Below, piece after piece: positions 25,901 to 38,796 of a stretch of 64,000 nucleotides of DNA. The stretch comes from Tubiluchus corallicola (taxonomy: Eukaryota; Animalia; Priapulida): the NCBI GenBank assembly GCA_030141605.1, contig JAQGDQ010000077.1, positions 496,001 to 560,000 on the forward strand. The letters run 5' to 3'. The notes under the pieces were generated by a model that was not told the DNA's origin, ran no database searches, and saw only the letters and a program-made list of their open reading frames with translations. Position 1 is the stretch's first letter. Every line of letters starts with the position of its first letter. The translations under genes and the position numbers were made by a program.

Positions 25901-28900
25901 TCAGATGTCTATAGTGTGTGCCATACTTATTTCTCAAATCTTAGGTCTTCCAGAAATACTAGGGAATTCAGAGAGATGGCCATATTTACTAGGTAAACCT
26001 GTCACTTAAAACCGAAGATATAACGCAGCATACCAGCCTAGAGAAAAGTTCTGCATCTAACTAGATAGGTTTTACTATACTGTACTATGTTTTACATATA
26101 TAACATATTATGTAACGCCACTAACATACTGCTGTGTTACAGTATATATATGTATATATATGTGTGTGTGTTACTATATACATATGCATAAAACATCGTT
26201 ATACATGATTAACTAAACCACTTCCTATGCCACTTTAAACCAAACTATATATACCACCCACCTCAGGAGAACATAAATATCAGGAAATCCTAACGTAGTT
26301 TAAGATGGCAACTACTTATAATGCATTGTCTTTTTCTTGTGTAGAAATCTCGCAGTATGTCCTACCACCAGTAGCACTGTGCTTGCTAAGGTCGCACCTA
26401 CTATAATACTTGTTCTTACCTTATCCTTATATACGTAACAGAAATATTTTTTCAACCTGTTAAAAATTACTTTTAAAATAAGCATTTTAACAGAGAGCAC
26501 TGTTTTATAGCAATGTGCGGTCTACCAGCCATTTACAGCACCATAACACTGCTTTTTCTTCCTGAATCGCCTAGCTACCAGATATCATCGATGAACAGAG
26601 AGGATCTTGCTGAAAAGTGTAAGTATCGTCATAATGGGAGGTTAACGTTAGTGGCAAAATGTTCTTTGTGATTCATTTTGCTTTATTACACTAGTATTAC
26701 GGTGATTGCAACGAAAGCATTTCCGTTTAAACCTCGTAAAATCTTGTAGTCCATTGATTTTTTTTGATGTTGTTAAAATCTTTGATTAAAAGCCAAAGTG
26801 CAATAAAATATTTTACTGTTCCATAATCATTTAACTGTGCAGAGATCTAGATGAAGTGAACGCTTCCATTACACTAATCATATGTTACGAGGGGTTATTT
26901 AATCTTGTTGATGGGTACGACTGAGCCTTAATTAATCATGATGTGTGTACCGAGGTTCGCTTATACAGTTACATTTAGGTTATAAGTGCCTCTAATAATC
27001 ATTGGGTACTAATCTTATTCTATAGCTGCTAATAACATGCATGATTAAGAAAGGGAATAATCATACTTCTTATCTGTGCGAACGCTCCTTTTGGAAATGA
27101 ACGCATTTTAAGTATTATTCTTAATCTCTGTTAGATTTCACAGTCAGTTTATTACTCTTTCGATATGGTGTACAACAAAAAAACGATATTTAAAGAGTGA
27201 AAATTAAGGAATGAGAATTGAACCTTGTGGGACACTCTCACAAAGCTTTAACCAAAGCTGGGCTTGTCAATAATAATTACGATAACACATAATAACCATG
27301 ATAATGATTTTAGTAATCTTGTTACTATTAATAGCGCTGAGATTTCTGCGAGGGAAGGATTACTGTCCAGGTGAGCTCGACGAACTACGTAAAGAAGTTA
27401 AAGCACAAGAATCGCTACCAAAGGTGAGTAGCTTCAAGCACATATTTGTGCTTAATCATGGGTCTCATATGTGTGTATGGGTTATACGTGAAGATTTTTT
27501 CCATGTGTATATCATTAAACAGATTGAAATCCTCTTTATAATGGATTTTTAAAGATTGTATGTCAAATATTAAGTTGTTTTCTAAGCAATGAGCATCATT
27601 GCTGTGTGTGTCTCTTTGCGACAAATCTGTCAAAGAGGTTTTGTCAACCTGCCAATCGAGATTATTTCAAATTGCCATTAATAGTATTATGTATTGAACT
27701 AATGTAGATTGACTGCATGATCGATTTTTGCAAGTTTAATTATTACAATAAGCAAGTAACGACACAGCGCAAATGGAAATACGAAATAAGAAAAGAAAAA
27801 ACAATGGCAAATTTTAATATTTTATTTAATTTGGCACACTGCAAGCCCAAATCCATTAATCAATGACAACGTCGGCACGCCAATATTTGTGGCAAGACTA
27901 GAACCTCGCTCAACATCAATGATAACCCTGTAAGATGAACCTGCAGAAGTACCTTGTGCCTTCTTCTACGAGGTAAACCACTAGTATGTTGAATTTAATG
28001 AGTATTGAAACTAGGTGGAGCATGTCCAGTCACCACTCGGCTATTCATCTCGCGTCTATATACACTGTAATTATTTGTAACTAATTACATAATGAGTGCA
28101 GTACTAAATTTTCAATAGGTTAAGAATTTAGTGAAAACAAATATTTTAACTTCTTGGTATAATAGTACTACAAGCCTGCCAACTTTGTTTCAGTTCCCTA
28201 TAGACTAAATTCCATTTTTGCAGGTTTCGTGGATAGATTTAATTAGAACATCGTATCTCAGAACTCCTTTAATCATCAACATCGCCATTCACTTAGTGCA
28301 ACAATTATCAGGAATCAATGCGGTAATTAGATTATTATTACTATCGAAGCTCAGCAATTATCATAGTAATACAACTTCACCTAAGATCTATATGGCCCAG
28401 ACTCACAGATTCACCAACATAATACTGACACAATAATAAAAAATGTTATTATAGTCCGGCATAGCTAACCCATGATGACCTGTGTCATTTGCGCGTACTT
28501 CACAGAAACATTACAACTGCTCCCAAGTTTTGTATAAACAGACAACATACTCATGCTGTCTATTAAAATAAATTCAAAATATTTTAGTTTCCATTTTTCA
28601 AAGTATTAAATCGCTAAAAAAGAAATGTGGCAAACAAATAGAATAAAGTAATTCTTAATGCAGGATCCACGGCAAATGACTTACATTGTTCACAACCCGT
28701 AGACTCATTGCCAGTTTCAGCGCTAGCTGTGTATTTAGCCATTCATAGCTATGTATTCATAATTTTTGACATTTAACCAAAATTTAAAAAATTAAGCAGT
28801 GCTACTACATCTTTCACTTTCAAATTCAGAACGAAAGTCTTGGTAAGCTAATAATGGGACTTGACATGTGAGCTCTAAGACATCTTCTGTGTGCATAATT

Positions 28901-31900
28901 AAACAAATCAGGCTACACCTGAGGAACTGAAGTGTTCAACTGGTTTAGACATCATCCCTCGAGTATTTCACTCACTCTTTTGTCCCAGGTGCTGCTACAG
29001 TATAAACTCACATGAGAGAACTGCCACATTTCCTTAAATTACACTAAAATGATCTTACCAAGAATTTTAGTAATTTATTTTATTATTCTTCAGGTAATTT
29101 ACTATTCCACAAGTATATTTAAGACTGCTGGAATTCCGGACGATAGCGCTGTATACGCTACTATAGGTAGGCTGGGTAATTTTTTATAATTTCAATTCGA
29201 GCGCCTAATGGATCAGGTCAATTACAAAGTATCTATCTAACTATCTTTTCAATATTTTAAAGAATTTTTTAAATGTTTCGTAATTTACTCGCCTAGTAAA
29301 ACAGAATCGAATATTGTGGGAAAAGACAGTAAACGCAGTGTATTTCAATTATTTTCATTCACCTATTAATTAATTAAATTCATTTATTCCTGCATTCATT
29401 CACTCACTTATTCATTCATTCATTCATTCATTCATTCAATCATTCATTCATTCATTCATTCATTCATTCATTCATTCATTCATTCATTCATTCATTCATT
29501 CATTCATTCATTCATTCATTCATTCATTCATTCATTCATTCATTCATTCATTCATTCATTCATTCATTCATTCATTCATTCATTCATCCATTCATTCATT
29601 CATTCACTCACTTACTCATTCACACATTCATTCATTCATTCGTTCGTTCATTCGTTCACCTGTACGTGTGCTGGCAAGCTTTTTTATTCCATATATTTTA
29701 TTCACTCGCTCATACAAACTTTCATTTATGCATTCGTACCATTTATAAGTGCATTTAATTCCTACAGGTCTTGGAGGACTGAATGTCATCTCAACAGCTC
29801 TATCAGTTGTTCTTGTGGAACGGATGGGACGACGGATTCTCTTTTTAGGTGGCCTGAGCTGCGATTTCTTTTGTCTGATAGCACTGATGTTGGGGCTTCA
29901 CTTCCAAGTAAACCGACTTTCGATGTACTACAAATGAAAACTTGTTCTAAATTCAGTTAAATTTAAAAAAATTAGAATAACAAAAACAGCAAAGAATGAC
30001 AATTATCAAACTTTAATCAAACGAAACTGGACTGTGGTGGTCTGAAGTGGACACTGTGAAATCTAAAAGGTATGATATGCATAAGCAAATTGAATTGCAA
30101 AATTCGCATTATTATTCCCATCACAGGGTCTCGAAAGCTGATTCTTTTGCTGAATTTACTAACCGCTTCTCCACGTCACACAGCAACGGAGTAACTAGAC
30201 TTACAAGCAGGCCTAACGCAGTAATTAAACGGAAATTATATTAAGTTCTATGCCTTAAGAATTGGCGAACAATGATCACTAAACACAAGAGCAAAAAATC
30301 AAAATTATAAAGAAAATTTGTCAAATGTTAACATCAAAATCAATTTTTAATTGTTCCAGAGTCAAGAAGAATGGTGGCAGTGGGTCAGCATCATATCTCT
30401 GTTTCTCTACATTTTCACATTCGCTATTGGACCAGGTGAAATTAGCGTTTAAGAAGTTTTACCGAACCCGTAGAGTCCACTCAAAGCAGAACAGAAAAAG
30501 CGAATTCCTTATTTTTAATTTGCAATGGGGTTTATATTTATTCTAAAGCTCTTGAGTGCAAACCAGTGTCCAAATAAGGAGCAAAATTTTCGCTTCGAAT
30601 GTGGGAATGACGAATGCAATGACAGAGGAGAAACAAACTGGGCTTCATTTGCTAAGCAGTCTCTACTTAATTAGGCTTAACTGTCATCACAAGCTATTGG
30701 TTCTTTAAACTGATAAAATTTAAACAGTGGAAGAAGCCCGTTTTTTACTTCCTTGTGTTTGTACTGCATCTTATTATATCTAGAAATGACTAGTAATCTG
30801 AGCTAATTTCTAACATACAGTGTGGACAAATTACGATCGATACAGTACAGATGCGGTTGCTTTCAGTCCTGTGCTTAACGAAGCTTGACCCATGCTAAAC
30901 AAAACTTCGTTTTAGTAGAGTGGCTGTATAAGTTTGATTATCGGCCATTGACTTCAACGTTATTGGTATCAATTGCTAGTATAAGGCTACTGTAATAGGC
31001 TTTAGGTGGACAAATGCAGAGACTTTTATCATCAAACCTGAATGATGAGCAAAGTCAGTCAGCAGTGCCATCTGCAGGCAAAAAATGACTGCTTTGATTT
31101 ATATTAGCTTTGTTTTTATGTGTTTTTTTCATTTGCTTGTAATTAAATTTTTATTTTATTTTTAGCGTGCCCAAGCTTTCTGCTTTTTGTTTCTTCTGAA
31201 TTTTAAATTTTTTAATTTTGTGTTTTTAATGTAAATGTTTTTATTTATTGCTGTAATTTCCTTTTATTTGTGCTTTTCATTAACTGTGCATTATATAACA
31301 TTATTTTTACTTGCTTGTGCTTTTAACATGTCAAAGCTTTTTTGCATAGTTTAAATTCTTTTTGCGATTGTAATCTTGGCTTTCTTTTTTATGTTTCTGC
31401 TTATTTTTATTTTTTTATTATTTTGTATGAAGTCATACAATGTACATATGTTTGTAATTTTATGTTTGTGTCCTTACATGTATTTATTTTCCATAATTTT
31501 AAATTACTGAAACTACCTTATTGTAAACGAGCTTTGCTCAATCCAGTTTATTCTGACTAAATATCTTTTCTTATCTTATCTTATCCTAATGACAATAATA
31601 ATTCTCTTTCATCAATAAAACGTCGTAGGTCTAAAGCCAAAGTTGAAAGTTCAAATCTAGAAAATCACATTCATTTCCATTAATAAAAGTACTATATTTT
31701 GAGCTACCATTAGGCAACTTAGGAATCAAAACAATGCAGGCTTAAAAATCCGCCTTGTCTTTAAATTTTCAAATTTTTGTGCAAAGCACAAAACAGGTAG
31801 TATTTTGCTACCTTTGTAACCTTTTTAAGGCTTCAGTAATCTTGTGTTATCGGTATACTAAATACTTATTGTTTGTTAGATTAATTATAAGACAATGTCG

Positions 31901-33471
31901 TAGAAGGCTCACGTGTGCCATGCATCAACTTCCTAGATTACTTCACTGCCAAAAAAAACGCGCGCGCGCTTCCCGCACGGAAAGTCTAACAATTAATTAA
32001 GTAGTCTGGAATGCAAATAATTTGGGTATTTGCTTGCTGCACACGTGTACGCGCGCATGTTTTACGTTTTGGTTTTTGAAAAACGTACAAACTTTGGTAA
32101 CTAGCTACGCTTGGCATGTTGCCATTCCTTCGGTTCCTGTTTGTCAATGACCATGTTTTCTGTAACAATGCTCTATTGTGACAACAATATTGAAAAATAA
32201 CCCCACATCACTCACACTACACGGTGCCACCCACATCAACCCACAAAACAACTACAACAACAAAACTATTTTGCACAAAATTTGAAACGGCGTGAAATGA
32301 CAAACGCTAATAGAGCCGTCTACAGATCATCAATAATGCCCGAACAGTCTACACAATCTTTGCTTACTGCTCCTGAAATAATAGTAATAAGCTTACTGTT
32401 AACAGACACGATGTTTACGGCTGTCATAGAATAAAAATTTTCGTGAAAATGCACATTGTTTTCCTCACTAGCAAAGTTTGGTAAATGGCAAAAAATAAGA
32501 CCGGCACCACAGCGAAAAGGACGAGTTTAATAAGTTACTTCACTAACTAGTAACCCAAAAAGAAAAAACAAACTGACAGAACCAGTAATTCTGTAGCTGC
32601 CCTTTTCGAATGGAGCAACCGTATACAATAAATATTATTATTTTTTGTTAACAATTATTTTTGTTTGTTTTTTAGCACCCATACCCTGGTTTATAACTTC
32701 TGAAATGTTTCACGAATCGGCGCGAGGAGCCGCTGTTAGCATTTCTGTTCTCTTGAACTTTTCTGCCAACTTTGCAGTGGGGCTATGTTTTCCTTTATTA
32801 GAGGTATGCAAAACAAATTATTTACTTTAATATAATAGATCCTTTAAAAGCTTGGTAACGAAAAAGTGAAATGGTTTAAGTATTCTTTAATGTATCGGCG
32901 TCATCACCATCGTCATTGTCATCTTGTCATCGTGAGCATTACTACCATCCCACTAAAATTTTTTATAATCTTAAGCAATCTAAAAATTGATGCTTACAAA
33001 TACAAAACGCAGGGAACAGTTATTTCTGAAATAACATATTTATTAAATAAATTAATCTGTGTGTGATTAAACTATCTCTTTGCTGTAATTTTAACTAAAC
33101 TATGACGGAATTTTTAGCCATCTCACTACAGTTAATATTTATTGTTGTGCTTAAAATTCAGTAATCTTGCAATAATAACAATTTATTTAAGGCTTCCTTT
33201 GCTTTTTCTGCAGGATGTTATGAGTGGTTGGGTGTTTTCAATTTTCGCCGCATTCATATTATCGTTAGGAACCTTCGTCTTTTTCACGTGTCCCGAGACT
33301 AAGAACCGCCCAGTTGAGCAGATAACACAGCGCTGGATGCCAAAAACAGAGAGCCAAATTCCTCTGGAAGATGTTGACGGTATTGAAAATGGTGTCACTT
33401 ATACAAATCTCGGTTTTGCTGCTAATGGAACTGTAGTTGACGAAAATATGTTTGATGTTGCTAAATTTTAA
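22931..33471 (+). CDS. Facilitated hexose transporter, SLC2A/GLUT family; 13 coding exons, 519 aa as assembled
   Basis: Exons 22931-22963, 23985-24083, 24914-25074, 25259-25383, 25822-25992, 26511-26618, 27335-27423, 28224-28322, 29094-29166, 29768-29907, 30360-30435, 32676-32803, 33214-33471. All GT-AG with consistent phases, total 1560 nt. Sugar-porter motifs [58 protein letters not shown]. Confidence 0.95.
24129..24254. mobile_element. PIF/Harbinger-type MITE with TTA target duplication, GLUT intron 2
   Basis: Perfect 26-bp inverted repeat TGGCGTTTATGTAGCATGCGGATGCG (24131) ... CGCATCCGCATGCTACATAAACGCCA (ending 24252), with TTA at 24126-24128 and 24255-24257. Confidence 0.85.
29380..29660. 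repeat. (TCAT)n microsatellite in GLUT intron 9
   Basis: Seen directly. Confidence 0.96.
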
Positions 33472-34230
33472 AATATTGTTTAAATATTCTACTAGTCAGC
33501 CAACCAGGTACAGTAATCGCTTGCCGAATTTCAAAAAAAAATAATGTTTTAGATTTGTAAAGAAAATTGTAAACTTTTGTAAAAAAAATAATAACTGTAA
33601 ATAACTTTTTGTAAAAATTTTAACTGTTAATGCAATTATTAATACTTGTAAATGTGATAGCTGTGATATTAATTGAGATCTATAAATTAAGGCTATAATT
33701 ATTATAGAACTTTTAAGTGTGGGCAAGATGATTGTGTCATATCTTGTATAATTTTACCATAATTTACGTTAACATTGCTCAGTATTAATAATTATAATTA
33801 TTATTAATAATTATTTTAAACATCACGATCTGTAATCACAATTGCTTCGTAAACCTGTTTTTAATGTAAACACGACCTGTAAACACAATTAAATGCTATG
33901 ATTGTTATAAAGTTGTTCTATCATGCATTAGAAACTAGTTCTTTGTGCTTCAATAATTTAATAATTTCAAAAAAGGTGACTGTATATTAGACTTCGTTTC
34001 TCGTTGACTTAGTTCGCTTTCTGGTTCGGCAACCTAAAATAACTATGATACCACGTAAAAGGTGAAGCGCACATACACTTCGCACGTACACTCTGTCAGC
34101 AAAATTAATTCTAGCAGTGAGCACAAAAGTAGCATTGTTTTCACGTTATTCCAGTCAATAAAGGAAGAGTATTACTCCACATGACACGATTTCAGTTTAT
34201 GTACAAATGAACCAAAGAACTGATTAAGTA

Positions 34231-34854
34231 GATGCAGGTGAAAAAGTTCCACCTTGTGATCTAGGTTGAATGTAGACAAAATGTAGCATTCATTTCAATT
34301 GCATTCAAGATATAAGTGCAATCTTAACATTACCTTGAAACTCACAATTTGATGCTGACTAATGGATATATGTATTATTATCATCATCGTCATCATCAAA
34401 CGCCCATTACGTTTATTGTAGACAATGGGTCGGCATGTAAACACAGCAGAAAGCTAGACACTGCTACGCCAGTGGCTTGTTAGCACCACTCCCGATTTAC
34501 TGATGAGGATAAAGAAGCAATTGGTTACTGGCGCGCATTCTTTGACGCTGGACATAGTGAATACGTGTGGGCGCAACTAGTAGCTGCTTAGTTTGATTAC
34601 AGCGGTGCGTCTCCCAGTTTATCATTCCATAGCAGCATGAAGTAAACAAAATTTTTCTGCCAGTATTCGTAATCCAGAAAAATTTCAAGAACTTTGATGG
34701 ATGAACTTTCACATTCGTGGTAACACTACTTATTATATACTTATTATTATAGTGTGTATAAGATTGCACTTATATCTAGAATGCTACTGAAATGAATGCT
34801 ACATCTTGTCCATATTCAGCCTAGATCACAAGGTTTAACTTTTTCACCTGCATC
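34231..34854. mobile_element. Non-autonomous DNA transposon with about 95-bp imperfect terminal inverted repeats
   Basis: GATGCAGGTGAAAAAGTT..ACCTTGTGATCTAGG...GATATAAGTGCAATCTTA (34231-34326) matches the reverse complement of 34759-34854. No transposase ORF inside. Confidence 0.85.
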
Positions 34855-35181
34855 CATTCATTCACTCCTTGGTGGATTAGGGGTGAGTGACCAGATAACC
34901 TACGGTCTTTCCTCACCCCTTGGATAAAGTAAAGGACTTCTTAAAATGGAATATTTGTGACATTAATGAAAAAAATAAACGTCCTATGTCTAGTATTTAA
35001 AAAACAGTACGACTGCATTAAACACGTGACAAATCTTAAGGCTATATAAGAGTTAGTACCTTTTTACAGTTAAGAGTCTTTTAGAACCTGAGCCCATTAC
35101 CTCTTTCTAACTATCAGCATCACATTATCAGTAATATGTTATTAATAAGTTTTTTTCACTACTAATTCTAGTGGTTTTGTT

Positions 35182-35975
35182 GGGCGCCTAGTAACCCACT
35201 AGCCAAAGTAGGACAATTGGTGTACATGGGCTAGCCCAAGTAGGACGCGGCATACATGGGCTAGCCCAAGTAGCACGCGTCGTACATGAGCTAGCACAAG
35301 TAGGACACGTCGTACAAGGGCTGCCTAAGTAGGACACTAGAGACAGGTCACAAATTGAGTCGTTAGCCATACTGGCAGCATCTGTTGTCCTTGTTTATTT
35401 AATAATAAGAATTGAAAACGTCAGGAACGTTGAATAATTTATTATACATCTGGTAAAATAAAAGAATCTTATTCTGAGTAAGTAAAATTGCCAATATTAA
35501 ATTTGGCTTCGATATAAATGTTTTTGAAGTGAAATGAGCCCACTTCTTAGGCGATTCCACACATTAAAGTATATCATTTTTATTTTGTCTCTCTTCACAG
35601 ACAGGTAATCTGTTTCACTACCTCTTGGACAAATAATTGTTTTCTACTAAGTAAACGGGCTAGCGAGTTTTGTGTCCTACATAGCTACAAACATTAGGTA
35701 CTTAGTTTGATGTTATGATGATGTTAATGGAGCTAGTAATAATGATGATATTATTGAAAAAAATACATTGTAGATTGTCAAGGAGTATTTATCATTAGTA
35801 TAAAGTTATCTTTTCTAAAACATGTTTAGTTTTATGTTTCAATATGTCATAATTCTCGACAGAAATCGCCAGTGTCCTACTTGGGCTACCCATGCACGAC
35901 ACTGCTTTTCCGCAAATTTAACACATGCGTTTTAACGGAAGTGTCCTACTTTGGCTATTGGGTTACTCGGCGCCC
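35182..35975. mobile_element. TIR element of about 800 bp with subterminal tandem repeats of about 30 bp
   Basis: Left GGGCGCCTAGTAACCCACTAGCCAAAGTAGGACA versus right reverse complement GGGCGCCGAGTAACCCAATAGCCAAAGTAGGACA. There are 4-5 tandem (CATGGGCTAGCCCAAGTAGGAC)-like units at 35207-35340 and an inverted unit near 35872. Confidence 0.85.
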
Positions 35976-37644
35976 TACAGCTTGATAATAAGCTTACCTC
36001 CTAAGTCTATAGTGCCACATTTTATAATTGTATCTGATCTTTGTAAAAATCACAATTTGATTTTATGTACTTATGATGTAAAAGTATTTGTTATCTTGCG
36101 GAGTAATATTTATTTAAGTTTCATTGCCAACTCGTCTTTTACATGCTTGTATACATTCTAAAACATAGCACCACCTGTTGATGCCAGGCCCTCCTATCCA
36201 TTGCTGCAACCTACGATGCATCATCCCAAAAATCGAGATTTGGATTTGCTAGATCTTTTCCCAATATATCCATAATTATATTTACGGCAGTAGATGACCC
36301 CAGAGGCAGAAAATCATACAGATGTCACAAGGACTAAAACTTGGTGTTCCGATGATGAACCTCGTTCCAGAGCTAGTTATAGAAGCATTTGGGATTATAG
36401 TAGCTGCAAGGGAGGGGGCAGCAAAAGGCCACAGAGTTGCAAAAAAATTGAAAAGTTGGACTTCTAAAATGTCACTTTTAGAATTTTTGCCACTTACATA
36501 CATTTGGCATTATAATTGCTACCTTCTATCAGTAACTCACAGCAATATCAGTGAATATGCACACTCACTCATAGTATTAATCGGTAGTCTATATACGCAC
36601 ATCAACCACACTTAGAGTTAAGTGATTTAAAACTCTAATGCTTAATAAAATAATTTTACCTTATATTAGACAATGTTCCTCAAACTTTCTTAGAACTATA
36701 CTAAGAAGGAAGCCCTAGATTTTTAGCAAGCAAACTATGCAATACGTGACTGATAACTGATTGATCGAATGACCAATCAACAATGTTGAAGAAATTAGTT
36801 TCGCCAAATGCATCTCATTATAATAGCTATAGCAATTCATTTATAAACACATGTTCTGCAAAATATCCCAGCTAACTAGTCACTTCTCATGTCTTGTGTT
36901 GCTTAACTGTTGAAGGAAATTTAAAATTTTGAGTATCATAAAGTAATTACACTATGAAATCTTTTAGATATTAGCGCGCGACCTGTATTGATTGGTGACT
37001 ATGTGGCAATGCCAATACTACAGTAATCATAATAGTATAATTTGAAGCCAACCACAAATCAATGAATCAGCATGATAATACTTTTAACTATTATATAGCG
37101 AAATTCTAATACAGCAGATTTGTAGGTCTTGAAAGGAGCTGTGCACTGCTGCAAAAATCATTTCTTCTTCATAGCAGCAAGCCTATTTATAGAACAAAAT
37201 TACCCCAAGTAATAATAATGGTGTAGCTTTAACATCTTTTAAGGTGTGAAACAATTTTGTCATCCTAGGTAATAAAGAGAGGAAAACATCTAAACGTTTC
37301 TATTAAAATTTTTGAAAATGTCAGAAAAAGTGTACCACGGACTACATCCATCGGTCTGCAAAGATTTGCCAGCCCTGGCTGACCACCTCGGTTAACTGAA
37401 CTGAAAAATAATAAAAACTTAAAGATTTTTTTATTTAAAATTGCAAAATTTTCTATTTAAATCATTATATCCACATTGCTCTAATTTAGAAAGAGAATCC
37501 CAGTCAGTTTCATCAGCTAACCATGGACATCTTCTTTTGAACCTGCACTAGTTGTTTAATAAGAATTGAATACAATTGAATATTCAACCTTGGGATATTT
37601 TCGTTCTTTTGCTTATTTTGCAGTAGCCCATATTTAGTCAAATA

Positions 37645-37814
37645 TAGTCAAGCCTTTTTATACCGCCTACTTTTTGGTGTTATAGCGAGTTTGGCATTAT
37701 AACAAGGTGCATTAATATATATATATATATACATGCGGACATTGTGTTTCCTAAAAATTTGCATGTTAAATGGAGTTGGCATTCTAAAGGGGGCGTTATA
37801 ACAAGATTTGGCTG
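37645..37814. mobile_element. Tc1/mariner-pogo type MITE with TA flanks
   Basis: TA-tAGTCAAGCCTTTTTATACCGCC ... GGCGTTATAACAAGATTTGGCTG-TA are imperfect TIRs of the CAGTCAAA-TC-GTTATAACG class. Confidence 0.6.
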
Positions 37815-38796
37815 TAGGTAGACAAAAAACAAATTACACAGCCCGGGAGTTACTGTATTACTGTGCATGTCAGTCATTGAGCTGTTACATAGCATGTGTA
37901 ACATACATGTTACGAATATACCTAACGTGTATAATAATAATTTCGCAGTGATGCCACTCTTGCTGTTGCCTTTTCTGTATGTATGTATGTATAAATCAAA
38001 CCACTTATGAAATGAAATTATTTCTTATTAAATTGAGATCTTTAACCTAAAATTAAAGGTTATCCTGTCTTAAAAGTTTTCCTGCCTTAAGTTGTCTCTC
38101 CCTAAGTGTGAATTGAACCGCTTATAAAATAAAATCATACAATTACTTCTCATTAGAGAGAGCGATTGTTAAAGGTTGTCGCTTCTTTGCAAACTGTTAT
38201 CCAATTGTTCAATATTATTTTTGGATGAGATTATTTTATAATCCTCATTCATTTTTAGAGTCTATTTTGTTTCTCAATAAAAATGCACTAAGTATTACCG
38301 AAGAGACAAAATTATATAAGGGATGCTCATATCAGCTGTCAGCTGTGTTTTTATTAATAGTATTTCTATATTATTCTGCTGATATATCATTACATTATGG
38401 ATGGATAATAAGTTTTCACAGTAGGGCTGCAGCAGCTTCATTCATTGCAATTCATGCATTAAAGGAAAGTCCTCATTGTGGTGTTCGTTGTTGATGCTTA
38501 GTGTTTGAAAATAACTTTTCAAAAAGCTAGTAGAATAGGAAGATATCCATATCTTTGCCTAGGCTAAGAAAAGGTTGAAATGTTCCATTGGATTTAAGAT
38601 TTTTAGTTATAAGTATGTAATGTTTTTATAACTACCATTTTAAGTTTCAGGTCACAAGGAAACAAAGATAGAGAAATGACATTTATAACTTGCATTTCAA
38701 AGTACTTGGACAAAAGTCTGTATCCAATGAAAGCTGTTTGTAGCTAGACGTGTAGTTCTTTATATACCTCTTGCATTTGAGTACTGCTATGTAGTT

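Noticed and set aside
35207-35340. About 30-bp periodic repeats resembling a CRISPR array
   Set aside because: The intervening parts are also homologous (no unique spacers), there are no cas genes, the context is eukaryotic, and the repeats sit inside a TIR element.
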